Of a stretch of 64,000 nt of DNA, positions 26,307 to 35,543 are shown in pieces (position 1 is the stretch's first letter; the number at the start of each line of letters is the position of its first letter). The translations under genes were made by a program, and so were the position numbers. The stretch is from NCBI GenBank assembly GCA_963666315.2, contig CAXXHG010000046.1, forward strand, positions 12,131 to 76,130, written 5' to 3'. Source of the DNA: Candidatus Binatia bacterium. Its GTDB lineage: Bacteria; Desulfobacterota; Binatia; Bin18. The notes below the pieces were generated by a model, which saw only the letters and a list, made by a program, of their open reading frames with translations, did not search any database and was not told where the DNA came from.

Positions 26307-27383
26307 TTACGCGTCGGCAAAGTTCGGGAGGACTTCTTCTATCAGCATGCGCTGAGAGTTTTCCCAGGCTTCATTATTTTCTGATTGATCGAAGGTCAAC
26401 GCCAGCAGACACCCGAATCCACCCGTCTCGTCATGCATATCGCCCAGCTTCTGAGTGACGGTTTTGGGCGAGCCTACGAGCCAGACATAATCGGCCAGGT
26501 ATTCCAGGGTCACATCAGAATCCGGCACTTCGGGCTGGTGCTTGAACAGACTCAGCATGTCGTACGACCGAAACAACGGCAGCAAATATTCTCCCCAGAC
26601 GCGTCCCAGCATGCCCTTCAGGGCTTTTTCACGCGCCTCCTTATCCGTCTCTGCAATATAGACCTCGCGCGAAATGCGCCAGTCGCTGCGTGACGGGGTT
26701 AAGCCTGCTTTCTCCGCTCCTTCGACTACCGCCTGCCAATGCGTTTTGAGATAACTATTACTCAGCGCTATGCTGAGCGGCAAAAACCCGTGTTCGCCGG
26801 CAAATTTCAGGGTCTCGGAGCCTGGGGTCAGTCCGGCAATGCCAATGGGCGGGTACGGTTTTTGATACGGTTTCAAATGGAATTTGAGTGAGTCCAGCAT
26901 AGTGTCTATGCGGTTGAACGACCAGAACTCACCTCTATATTCGAAAGGCTCTTCGCTCTTCCACAGCTTGAGCATGATGTCGAGCGCTTCGAAGGTCATC
27001 CGACGGTTTTCTCCTGCGGCGCCGTCCACATTGAAGAGCTTCCAGTCACTCGGCAAACCGCCAGTGCCGATCCCAAGCATGAAACGACCCTGAGCCATAT
27101 GATCCAGAAAAGCCACCCGATGAGCCAGCTCAACAGGGTGGTGATACGGCAGAAGATGCGCACCAGGGCACAGCTTCATCTTCTTTGTGCGTAGTAGCGC
27201 CTGGGCAATGAGCAGATCCGGAGCTGGATTCGGCTCCCAGGGCGCCGTAAAATGTTCCCCGATCCAGGCCTCGTGAAAGCCCACCTTGTCAGCGAATTCT
27301 AAGTGGTTGAGGTCCCACTGGTGACCCTCGAATAAACCCCTCTCAGGCGGATGAGAGGGCATCATAAAGACTCCAGCTTTCAT
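26307..27383 (-). CDS. LLM-class flavin-dependent oxidoreductase (luciferase-like monooxygenase)
   Basis: MKAGVFMMPSHPP...FHEAWIGEHFTAPWEP...MLGIGTGGLP; 358 aa. Confidence 0.85.
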   Translation of the reverse strand: MKAGVFMMPSHPPERGLFEGHQWDLNHLEFADKVGFHEAWIGEHFTAPWEPNPAPDLLIAQALLRTKKMKLCPGAHLLPYHHPVELAHRVAFLDHMAQGRFMLGIGTGGLPSDWKLFNVDGAAGENRRMTFEALDIMLKLWKSEEPFEYRGEFWSFNRIDTMLDSLKFHLKPYQKPYPPIGIAGLTPGSETLKFAGEHGFLPLSIALSNSYLKTHWQAVVEGAEKAGLTPSRSDWRISREVYIAETDKEAREKALKGMLGRVWGEYLLPLFRSYDMLSLFKHQPEVPDSDVTLEYLADYVWLVGSPKTVTQKLGDMHDETGGFGCLLALTFDQSENNEAWENSQRMLIEEVLPNFADA

Positions 27384-27613
27384 CTTTTTCTCCTTACTTC
27401 ATTCCTTCGTAGCAAACTGTTTGAACACGTATCGGTTTTACTCTTCTGCCTCAAGTCCGCAGCCTCCCTTTCTTATTTGAAGTCCAGCCTGACACAGGCA
27501 TCAGGTCTTTAAGGCGGCAGCAGCTCCTGCCGCAGCTCGCCTTCCCTTGATTCTCGTCAGTTGGACCGGAATAATAGCCGTCCAGTGATGATAGCGTAGG
27601 ATGATAGCTCCTA

Positions 27614-28279
27614 ATGATTGCCATTATTGATTACGGTATGGGGAATCTGCGCAGCGTTCAAAAAGGCTTTGAAAAAATGGGCCACGCGGCGGACGTCACC
27701 CGTGATGCGCAAAAGATCGAAGCCGCCGCCGGTGTGGTACTCCCTGGCGTGGGTGCATTTGGGGCCTGCATGAACGGGCTCGCCGAATGTGGGCTGGTTG
27801 AAACTGTTCACCGGGTCGTTGAGCGCGGCACTCCGTTTCTCGGCATTTGTGTAGGGATGCAGATTTTGTTTTCCGAAAGTATTGAGTTCGGCCGGGTCCA
27901 AGGCCTCGATATTCTCAAGGGAACGGTGAGGCGTTTCGATCTTGCCACTCTACACGGCAATAAGATTCCGCACATGGGCTGGAATCAGCTTCATCTGGAA
28001 CATCGGGAACAGCGCCCGCCGCATCTTGACGGTATCGAAGAGGGCGAGTGCGTATACTTCGTCCATTCCTACTACCCCATTCCGGATGACGCCAAGATCA
28101 TTGCGACCACGACAGAGTACGGCACGACCTTTGCCTCCAGCGTATGGTCGGGCAACGTATTCGCCACACAATTCCACCCGGAAAAGAGCCAAACTGTCGG
28201 TCTGCGCATTCTTGCCAATTTCGGCAACCTGGTCAAAGACCACATGTTGGGCACCACCTCCCTACCCCCTAACCCCTAA
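27614..28279 (+). CDS. hisH: Imidazole glycerol phosphate synthase, glutaminase subunit
   Basis: MIAIIDYGMGNLRSVQKGF, LPGVGAFG, GICVGMQ (catalytic Cys) and FHPEKS are present. Confidence 0.93.
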   Translation: MIAIIDYGMGNLRSVQKGFEKMGHAADVTRDAQKIEAAAGVVLPGVGAFGACMNGLAECGLVETVHRVVERGTPFLGICVGMQILFSESIEFGRVQGLDILKGTVRRFDLATLHGNKIPHMGWNQLHLEHREQRPPHLDGIEEGECVYFVHSYYPIPDDAKIIATTTEYGTTFASSVWSGNVFATQFHPEKSQTVGLRILANFGNLVKDHMLGTTSLPPNP

Positions 28280-28291
28280 TCCTGCGCTTTT

Positions 28292-29023
28292 ATGCTTATT
28301 ATTCCTGCAATTGATCTTAAAGCTGGCCAGTGTGTCCGTCTGTATCAAGGCGATATGGACCAGGCTACTGTCTATTCAGAAGACCCGGTCGCCACCGCTT
28401 TGCGTTGGCAACAGGAAGGCGCACAGCGTCTGCACATCGTCGACCTTGACGGTGCCGTCTCCGGCGCAGGCGTCAACACCGCGGCTATTGGTCAGATCTG
28501 TCGAGCGCTAACCATTCCAGTCCAGGTCGGCGGAGGCATACGCAGCCTCTCAAGCCTGGAGCATATTTTGTCTCTGGGCGTAAGCCGGGCGATTCTCGGT
28601 ACGGTGGCCCAACGTCAACCAGAGGTCGTTGCCGAGGCCTGCAAACGATTTCCAGGCCAAATCACAGTCGGCATAGACGCACGCAACGGCAAAGTTGCTG
28701 TCCAGGGTTGGACCGAATCGACCGATTTGGATGCCATTCAACTGGCAAAACGCTGTCAGGACTACGGTGTGGGTGAGATTGTGTATACCGACATTTCCCG
28801 GGACGGCACCGAACGGGGGGTCAATCGCGAGGAGACCGGCGCGCTCGCCCAGGCCATTAGCGTGCCGGTGATCGCATCTGGCGGGGTCGCCAGCGCTGCC
28901 GACATTGAGCTCCTGCTCCCGCTCGAGGCGCACGGCGTTATGGGCGTGATTATCGGACGCGCGCTGTATACCGGTGCGGTGCAATTGGACGCGGCTATTC
29001 GAATAGGCACCAGTCTAGCCTAG
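28292..29023 (+). CDS. hisA: ProFAR isomerase
   Basis: MLIIPAIDLKAGQCVRLYQGD, HIVDLDGA, GGGIRS and the ASGGV motif are present. Confidence 0.93.
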   Translation: MLIIPAIDLKAGQCVRLYQGDMDQATVYSEDPVATALRWQQEGAQRLHIVDLDGAVSGAGVNTAAIGQICRALTIPVQVGGGIRSLSSLEHILSLGVSRAILGTVAQRQPEVVAEACKRFPGQITVGIDARNGKVAVQGWTESTDLDAIQLAKRCQDYGVGEIVYTDISRDGTERGVNREETGALAQAISVPVIASGGVASAADIELLLPLEAHGVMGVIIGRALYTGAVQLDAAIRIGTSLA

Positions 29024-29142
29024 CTCTCTCGTCCTTTACTCAACTCGCTAAAACAACAGTATTTTCTCCTAACGTCGAAGATTATCTCGAAATATCCGAT
29101 AATTCACCAGAGGATAAAGCCACTAAGCTCAACGGCCTCCTC

Positions 29143-30603
29143 GTGCCGGGCGGGGATGTGGAATCTTTTCTCATCAGGCCGGACAGTCAGCGGGTGGTGT
29201 ATGTCGCGGATCAGGACGAGGATCAGGTGTTTGAGGTGTACAGCGTGCCGCTGGGCGGCGGGACCGTCACCAAGCTCAACGACCTGCTGGTGGCAAGCGG
29301 GGATGTGTTCGCTTTTCGCATCGGCCCAGGCAGTCAGCAGGTGGTATACGTGGCGGACCAGGACACAACTGGGGTGGATGAGCTGTACAGTGTGCCGCTA
29401 GGTGGCGGGACCGTGACCAAGCTCAATGGCCCGCTCGTAACCGGCGGGGATGTCATCGCCAATTTTTTCATCAGCCCGAACAGTGGGCCGGTACTGTACC
29501 GGGCAGACCAGGACACGAATAATGTGCTTGAGCTGTACACGGACATCTTACAGGCCGAACTCAAAGCCCTGTTTGAGAGTCCGCTCGCAAATGCCGTCGC
29601 AGCCGGCATCGCCCTCATCCGGGGCTGGGCGTTTGACACGGTGGCCGGCGAGGTCATCGCCTCGGTGCAACTCTTTATTGACGGAGTCCTGGACGCGGAT
29701 GCGACGTGTTGTTCCGAGCGCAATGACGTGCGTGCGGCTTTTCCCGCCTTTCCGGCTCCGAACACGCTCAATAGCGGCTGGGGGCTGACGAAGAACTGGG
29801 GCAATGAGGCCAGCGGGCCGCACACGGTGCGGGTAGAGATTACGAGCACCTCGGGCCAGGTGTTTCGTGAGAGCCGCACGGTCACGGTGGTGAAACCGGG
29901 CGACTTCGGGTTCTTGGATCAGTTTACGCTCAGTGGGGCTACGGCTGGAATTGTGGGCCAGCAGCTGCAACTGGCCAGCGTGCAGATTCGAGATTCGGCC
30001 AGTCATGCTACGGCCACAGTGGATATGGCCTATATCTGGCAGCCCCCGTCACAACAGTTTGAGTTACAGACCAGTACGGTGCTGGCCCAAACTGCTGCGC
30101 AGCGAACGTGGGCGTTCCAGACCTGGTGGCAGGCGCTGCAAACTCTGTTTACCCCGGCCAGTGTGTCCGCGCAGGGCCTGGGCCTGCGGATCGCGTGGGA
30201 GGGGCCAGTGGCCGGACCGGTCGGCGGGGTGGATCTGGTGCGCGGCTGGGGCTATGAGCAGGCACCGGCCGAGGAGCTCGCCACGATCCGGTTCTTTATC
30301 GACAGTGTGCAAAATGCCGTGGTGGTATGTTGTTCGCCGCGCCCAGATGTGGCTGCGGCCTTTCCGGCGGATGTGAACGCCCTGCTCAGTGGCTGGGGGC
30401 TAACGTTGAACTGGGGCAATCTGAGCAGCGGGCCGCATACGGTACGGATAGAGATTACGAGTACGTCGGGCGAGGTGTTGAGTGAGAGCCGGATGGTGAC
30501 GGTGACCGAAGCGGGGACGGCCAACACCGCACAGGTGACGCTACGCCTGCGCCGGGACGTCGGCGCCCAGGCGTTGCGCCTCGTCAGGACAACCACGTCG
30601 TGA
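29143..30603 (+). CDS. Repeat protein lacking a recognisable N-terminus/signal peptide (possibly a 5'-truncated remnant)
   Basis: Three ~40-aa units (VVYVADQD...ELYSVPLGGGTVTKLN..LV.GGDV) are followed by two ~150-aa duplicated domains (RGW.....FIDG...CCS.R.DV.AAFPA...SGWGLT.NWGN.SSGPHTVR.EITSTSG). The frame stays open upstream of the GTG through a degenerate repeat and into the hisA 3' end, with no ATG. Confidence 0.55.
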   Translation: MPGGDVESFLIRPDSQRVVYVADQDEDQVFEVYSVPLGGGTVTKLNDLLVASGDVFAFRIGPGSQQVVYVADQDTTGVDELYSVPLGGGTVTKLNGPLVTGGDVIANFFISPNSGPVLYRADQDTNNVLELYTDILQAELKALFESPLANAVAAGIALIRGWAFDTVAGEVIASVQLFIDGVLDADATCCSERNDVRAAFPAFPAPNTLNSGWGLTKNWGNEASGPHTVRVEITSTSGQVFRESRTVTVVKPGDFGFLDQFTLSGATAGIVGQQLQLASVQIRDSASHATATVDMAYIWQPPSQQFELQTSTVLAQTAAQRTWAFQTWWQALQTLFTPASVSAQGLGLRIAWEGPVAGPVGGVDLVRGWGYEQAPAEELATIRFFIDSVQNAVVVCCSPRPDVAAAFPADVNALLSGWGLTLNWGNLSSGPHTVRIEITSTSGEVLSESRMVTVTEAGTANTAQVTLRLRRDVGAQALRLVRTTTS

Positions 30604-30625
30604 TGACAGCGTCGTCATCACGACG
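30596..30625. other. Perfect 12-bp inverted repeat overlapping the stop codon of the repeat-protein gene
   Basis: CGTCGTGATGAC-agcgtc-GTCATCACGACG. No U-tract follows. Confidence 0.6.
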
Positions 30626-30815
30626 ACCGCACAGTCGGGTTATGTCGTGCGTATCGTCAGTTTTTGCTGCGATCGTGACGACCGATCCGAACACGAGGGA
30701 AATACGGTAGCTCGTCGGCTTCGGCAGTGGACTCCGGATGCGGTCGATGCCTCGCTCTCTCGTTCTCGCTATCGAATGGTTGGGTCTATTCTTCGGGCTG
30801 CGGAGTGGCAGATTC

Positions 30816-31232
30816 CTACTCGACCTGTTCTTGCATACGTTGAAACGTCTGCAGCAAGTCGGTCGAGGTCAGGATGCCACACAGCCGCCCGTTCTCATCA
30901 ACGACGGGCAGACAGTTGATACGGCGGCTCAGCATCTGACCCGTGGCCTCAGACAGCAAGGTTTCCGGTCGTATCGTCACAACCTCATGCCACATCACAT
31001 CCGCGACGGTTGCTGACCTAAGGTCAGCCCCGCTGCTCATAAAACGAAGCATATCTCGGTCAGAAATCACACCAGCCAGGCGTGCATCAGTTTCAGTCAC
31101 AACGAGATGCCGAAAACGGTGCCGCGCTAAAAGGGCCAAGGCTTCAGTAAACGGCGCCGGCGGCGTGAGCGTCACAACCTCGTGCGTCATCACATCTTGC
31201 GCCTGTCGAGGCAGATTGATCTGTGCTGACAT
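30816..31232 (-). CDS. CBS-domain pair protein
   Basis: Two CBS repeats: VMTHEVVTLTP...HLVV....LAGVISDRDM and VMWHEVVTIRP...CLPVVDENGRLCGILTSTDL. Confidence 0.85.
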   Translation of the reverse strand: MSAQINLPRQAQDVMTHEVVTLTPPAPFTEALALLARHRFRHLVVTETDARLAGVISDRDMLRFMSSGADLRSATVADVMWHEVVTIRPETLLSEATGQMLSRRINCLPVVDENGRLCGILTSTDLLQTFQRMQEQVE

Positions 31233-31407
31233 GGGATCTTTCCAACTTTATCAGAAAACCCGCTGAGCCACTGAGCGGTTGAGCTAAAGCGATCCTAGCA
31301 TAAGACCATTGAGTGCGACACTACAGGTACGGATCGTACCATATCGCTCTTGGCTCCTTGTCGCCTCCTACTCGCTTCGCTTACAATATGGATAAGGGGC
31401 GATATCC

Positions 31408-32361
31408 ATGGCACAAGGGTTACACCCGCTTCGTCGTATACGACAAGCGCTAATTCGGCAGTTTGCGAGTCTCCTGACCAAGCCGCTCAAGAACTATGCC
31501 TTTCGTTTTCCCAACGACCTGGATGCGCTCAAGGGCCAAATCCAGAAAGGTGATATTCTTCTGGTTGAGGGGTCACAACGAATTAGTGAAGTTATTAAAT
31601 ACCTCACCCAGAGTTCCTGGTCACACTCGGCTCTCTATATTGGTGATGAGCTGATTCGGCGTAAACATCCTTTGGCAGGCCAAGCGCAAGCCGACCATGG
31701 CGAAGACGCAAAATTCCTTTTGGTTGAAGCGCTGGTTGCAGAAGGTGTGGTGCTGTCTCCCCTGTCCAAATACGCTGAGTATAATATCCGTTTATGTCGA
31801 CCTCACAATTTACAGCCAGAACACTTGCAGGTCATTCTGGACGATGTGATCAGTCAGCTCGGCTATACCTATGATCTCCAGAACGTCCTTGATCTGGCAC
31901 GCTATTTCCTCCCGGTGAGCCTCGTTCCGCGTCGCTTCCGCCGCAGCGTGCTCCACTTTGGAAATGGACTCCCGACTCAAGTCATTTGCTCCAGCATGTT
32001 CGCTACGGCGTTTGGCAAAGTCGGCTTTCCCATCTTGCCGCACGTAGAGTCGGACCCTGCCTCTCAAGAGCCGCCGCCGCCCTTACTGCGGCGGCTGTTC
32101 TCCAAACTTGGAGGTGTCACCTCACACCCCATCTTTCGCCGACGCCATCCAACCTTGATTACGCCTCGTGATTTTGACCTCTCGCCATACTTCGACACCA
32201 TAAAATTCAATATTATTGCCTCGCGACGTTTCGATTATCGCAATATCGTGTGGGCCGAAGATGTTGGAGTAGTAAGCGCCGCATCTGCTGAAACAGATGC
32301 GGTCGCAGATCGCCAAGCACCCGCCCTTCCCTCGCCTGGAGACCCCCAACCCACTTCTTAG
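31408..32361 (+). CDS. YiiX-like permuted papain/NlpC-P60 superfamily protein (tentative)
   Basis: [33 protein letters not shown] ... [13 protein letters not shown] ... ICSSMF resembles the YiiX/DUF830 arrangement. Confidence 0.45.
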   Translation: MAQGLHPLRRIRQALIRQFASLLTKPLKNYAFRFPNDLDALKGQIQKGDILLVEGSQRISEVIKYLTQSSWSHSALYIGDELIRRKHPLAGQAQADHGEDAKFLLVEALVAEGVVLSPLSKYAEYNIRLCRPHNLQPEHLQVILDDVISQLGYTYDLQNVLDLARYFLPVSLVPRRFRRSVLHFGNGLPTQVICSSMFATAFGKVGFPILPHVESDPASQEPPPPLLRRLFSKLGGVTSHPIFRRRHPTLITPRDFDLSPYFDTIKFNIIASRRFDYRNIVWAEDVGVVSAASAETDAVADRQAPALPSPGDPQPTS

Positions 32362-32408
32362 CGGCCGCCTCTCTTGACACCGTATCCCAAACCCCAGACA
32401 CTTCAGCC

Positions 32409-33182
32409 ATGCTGTGTAAGCGCATTATTCCGTGCCTAGACGTAAAAGACGGCCGCGTGGTTAAAGGCGTCAATTTTATGGATTTGCGCGATGCCGGAGA
32501 TCCCGTCGCAGTAGCTCAACGGTATGACGAAGAAGGTGCAGATGAGCTCACTTTTTTGGATATCACAGCCTCACACGAACGCCGGCAAATCATTCTGGAT
32601 GTAGTCCGGAAAACAGCTGAAACCGTTTTCATGCCCCTCACTGTTGGCGGGGGCGTGCGCGAAAATCAGGATATTCGTAACCTGCTCAACGCAGGTGCCG
32701 ACAAAGTATCTATCAACACCGCTGCGGTGACTCGGCCCGAGTTTGTCAAACAGGCCGCGCAGCGGTTTGGCAGTCAGTGCATCGTGGTTGCCATTGATGC
32801 CAAGCGCAAGCTGGATTCCACACCGCTGAGCTGGGAGGTCTATATTCACGGCGGACGTACGCCAACGGACATCGACGCCGTAGAATGGGCCCAGCGCGTG
32901 GAGAGCTATGGGGCGGGTGAAATCCTGCTTACGAGCATGGACCGGGACGGCACCAAGGAGGGGTATGATATTGCATTGACTCGTGCGATTTCTGAAGCAG
33001 TCACGATTCCAGTCATTGCTTCCGGCGGCGTGGGGAATCTCCAGCATATGTATGAAGGGCTTACTGCCGGGAAAGCCGATGCTGCGCTGGCAGCATCTAT
33101 TTTTCACTATGCTGAATATACCATACGAGAGTGTAAGGCATTCTTAGCCGAGCGTGGGGTACGGGTTCGGCGTCAAAATTGA
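32409..33182 (+). CDS. hisF: Imidazole glycerol phosphate synthase, cyclase subunit
   Basis: [39 protein letters not shown] and AASIFH are present. Confidence 0.95.
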   Translation: MLCKRIIPCLDVKDGRVVKGVNFMDLRDAGDPVAVAQRYDEEGADELTFLDITASHERRQIILDVVRKTAETVFMPLTVGGGVRENQDIRNLLNAGADKVSINTAAVTRPEFVKQAAQRFGSQCIVVAIDAKRKLDSTPLSWEVYIHGGRTPTDIDAVEWAQRVESYGAGEILLTSMDRDGTKEGYDIALTRAISEAVTIPVIASGGVGNLQHMYEGLTAGKADAALAASIFHYAEYTIRECKAFLAERGVRVRRQN

Positions 33183-33203
33183 ACGAGTTTTCAGGAGGGA
33201 TAT

Positions 33204-34076
33204 ATGGCCAAGATCATGATAGAGGCGGCGATCAATGGGAATGCGGATAAGGCGCTCAACCCCCATATCGCCTATAGCCCCGAGGATATTGCCAACGACG
33301 CGATTGCCACCTGCCGGGCGGGCGCGGCCGCTGTTCATTTTCATGTCCGTAATCCTGAGACCGGCGAATGGGTCCAGGATGTATCGTATTACAGCGAGGT
33401 GTTTAAGCGGACGCGGGCACAGTGCAATCCCATCTTGTGGCCCACGTTTCCTTTTGGCGACGATCCGGTCAAACGATTTGCACATTTCCTGGAATTGGCA
33501 AAAGACCCTGCAACCAAACCTGATCTGGGCTGGGCAGACCCCGGCTCAGTGAATCTGGTTTCTTATGATGCACGCACGAAAACCCTCTCCGGAGGAAACT
33601 TCGTCTATCAAAATTCTCACGATGCCAATCGGTATTTTCTCGAACAGTCACGAGAGTGCGGGGTGAGACCGACCCTCCAGATTTTTGACCCGAGCTTCCT
33701 GCGCGCTGTTTTGGTTTTTCTTGACCAAGGGCTCCTGACCGAACCCCTGTTGCTCAAGTTTTATTTCGGTGGACCAGAACTGCCTTTCGGGCTCCCGCCT
33801 TCACTCAAAAGCCTGGAAGCGTATTTGGACATGCTGACAGGCGTGCGCTGCAACTGGTTTGCCGCCACCCTGGGCGGAGACAATCTGCCCCTTATTCCGC
33901 AGATTATCAGCTTGGGCGGCCATGTCCGATTGGGACTTGAAGATTATCAGTACGCGCACGGCGGACAGTTGACCAATCCCCAACTCGTCGAACGTGCCGT
34001 TGCCACGATTACAGGTATGGGACATGAGGTCGCCACTCCAGACGAAGCACGTGAGACCATCCAAGTCGCAGTATAG
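33204..34076 (+). CDS. 3-keto-5-aminohexanoate cleavage enzyme family (BKACE/DUF849)
   Basis: IMIEAAINGN...SPEDIANDAIATCRAGAAAVHFHVRNPETGEW and the C-terminal GGHVRLGLED are the family Zn-site motifs. Confidence 0.85.
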   Translation: MAKIMIEAAINGNADKALNPHIAYSPEDIANDAIATCRAGAAAVHFHVRNPETGEWVQDVSYYSEVFKRTRAQCNPILWPTFPFGDDPVKRFAHFLELAKDPATKPDLGWADPGSVNLVSYDARTKTLSGGNFVYQNSHDANRYFLEQSRECGVRPTLQIFDPSFLRAVLVFLDQGLLTEPLLLKFYFGGPELPFGLPPSLKSLEAYLDMLTGVRCNWFAATLGGDNLPLIPQIISLGGHVRLGLEDYQYAHGGQLTNPQLVERAVATITGMGHEVATPDEARETIQVAV

Positions 34077-34078
34077 GC

Positions 34079-34636
34079 ATGCCGAAAGACCAAGCCACCC
34101 TCATCGCGCAGATTCACGCGAGCCCATTGATGGCGGTGCTGGTCGTGACAGGCGGTGGCACGCAAGCGCTGGCTGACTTGTTGGCTGTCCCTGGGGCATC
34201 ACGCACCGTGCTGGAAGCCTTGGTTCCATACAGTGCAGCCGCACTCACAGAGTTCCTGGGGACGCTACCAAACCAAGTAGTCTCGATAGAAACCGCGGCG
34301 GCCCTGGCCCGGGCCGCTTATCAACGCGCGTCGACATTACACCATGAGCAGGAGACCCCGCTCGTCGGAGTCGCTTGCACCGCCGCTCTCGTGACAGACC
34401 GGCCCAAAAAAGGCGAGCACCGCGCGCACCTAGGGGTCAGTTCCTCAGATGAAACACGCGTTTACTCGCTGACCCTGACAAAGGGCGGCCGTGATCGGCG
34501 GGCGGAAGAACGCGTCGTGAGTGATCTTGTGTTGGACGTTCTCGCGCTAGCATGCGGAATTCCGGTTGCCCTGAACGCCTCGCTGCTGACAGAGGAGCGT
34601 GTCACTATACAGGCTATGCCGTCGCCCGCAGGATAG
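34079..34636 (+). CDS. CinA/PncC-domain-like protein (tentative)
   Basis: VVTGGGTQALADLLAVPGASRTVLEALVPYSAAALTEFLG...VSIETAAALARAA...GVACTAALVTDRPKKGEHRAHL parallels the CinA C-terminal domain layout. It starts 3 nt after the BKACE stop. Confidence 0.45.
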   Translation: MPKDQATLIAQIHASPLMAVLVVTGGGTQALADLLAVPGASRTVLEALVPYSAAALTEFLGTLPNQVVSIETAAALARAAYQRASTLHHEQETPLVGVACTAALVTDRPKKGEHRAHLGVSSSDETRVYSLTLTKGGRDRRAEERVVSDLVLDVLALACGIPVALNASLLTEERVTIQAMPSPAG

Positions 34637-34839
34637 CCTCCTCCCGTCCAGAGTGCAGCCAGAGTGTGGCCCAAGTATGAATTGCCTGCTAAGTTTCAGC
34701 CGTTGCCCCACTATCTCGGTAGAATAATGAGAAGAGGCCCCAAGCAAGAAGCCCCGGCCCTCTTGCTTGGGCAATCCGCAGCCCATACAAAATAGGGAAG
34801 TTTTTAATATTATCTTTCTTCTGGAATGCGAAGGAATGT

Positions 34840-35418
34840 ATGAAAATTGGCATTGTTTCTGACATCCATGCTGATGCTGGAGCGCTGAGACGTATTCTGG
34901 ACGACATGCCGTCAACGGACCTGTTGTTATGTCCGGGCGATGCGATCAGTGAGTATCGATTCTGCCCTGACACGATCTCTATTCTGCAAGACGAAAAATT
35001 CCTGTGCATTCAGGGCAATCATGAGGTCGTCCTGTTTGGTGGCCGGAATCCAGCTTATTTAAAGAAATGTCAGGAGACTTTTCCCGCAGCCTCCCTCGCC
35101 TTTCTTGCCCAGGCGCCGCTCACGCGTGAACTCGAATGTGGCAAGCTCAAGATCCTCATGATCCATGCCAGCCCGTGGGAGCCGTATGACGAGTATATCT
35201 ATCCGGGCAGTAAGCTTTTAAACGAATTTTCCGCCCTGCCCTACGACATGGTCTGCTTTGGTCATACTCACGTCCCTCTCGTCCACACAGCCGGAGACGT
35301 TGTAGTCATCAACCCAGGCTCGTGTTCACAACCACGTGACCAGGACCGGCGTGGTGCCTATGCTCTTTTTGACACCCAGACGAAAGAAGCCACGATCCAC
35401 CGCGTAGCCCTTCATTGA
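34840..35418 (+). CDS. Metallophosphoesterase (YfcE/MJ0936-like)
   Basis: IVSDIHAD, CPGD, GNHE, MIHASP and FGHTHVP are present in canonical order. Confidence 0.85.
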   Translation: MKIGIVSDIHADAGALRRILDDMPSTDLLLCPGDAISEYRFCPDTISILQDEKFLCIQGNHEVVLFGGRNPAYLKKCQETFPAASLAFLAQAPLTRELECGKLKILMIHASPWEPYDEYIYPGSKLLNEFSALPYDMVCFGHTHVPLVHTAGDVVVINPGSCSQPRDQDRRGAYALFDTQTKEATIHRVALH

Positions 35419-35543
35419 TTTTGGTCTCCGTCCACGTAATCATGTGGATTGTCCACGCTTGCTCCTGATCATGTGCACCTCTACACACGAACAGGACGCA
35501 CTTCTTCTGTCGTCGCAGTCAGGAAGGAAAGAGGAAGTATTCC

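Noticed and set aside
34739-34771. A perfect 11-bp inverted repeat (CCCAAGCAAGA...TCTTGCTTGGG, 11-nt loop) between the CinA-like and metallophosphoesterase genes.
   Set aside because: It is probably a weak terminator or attenuator. It has no U-tract, no other copies in the window and no functional context, so it is not worth a finding.
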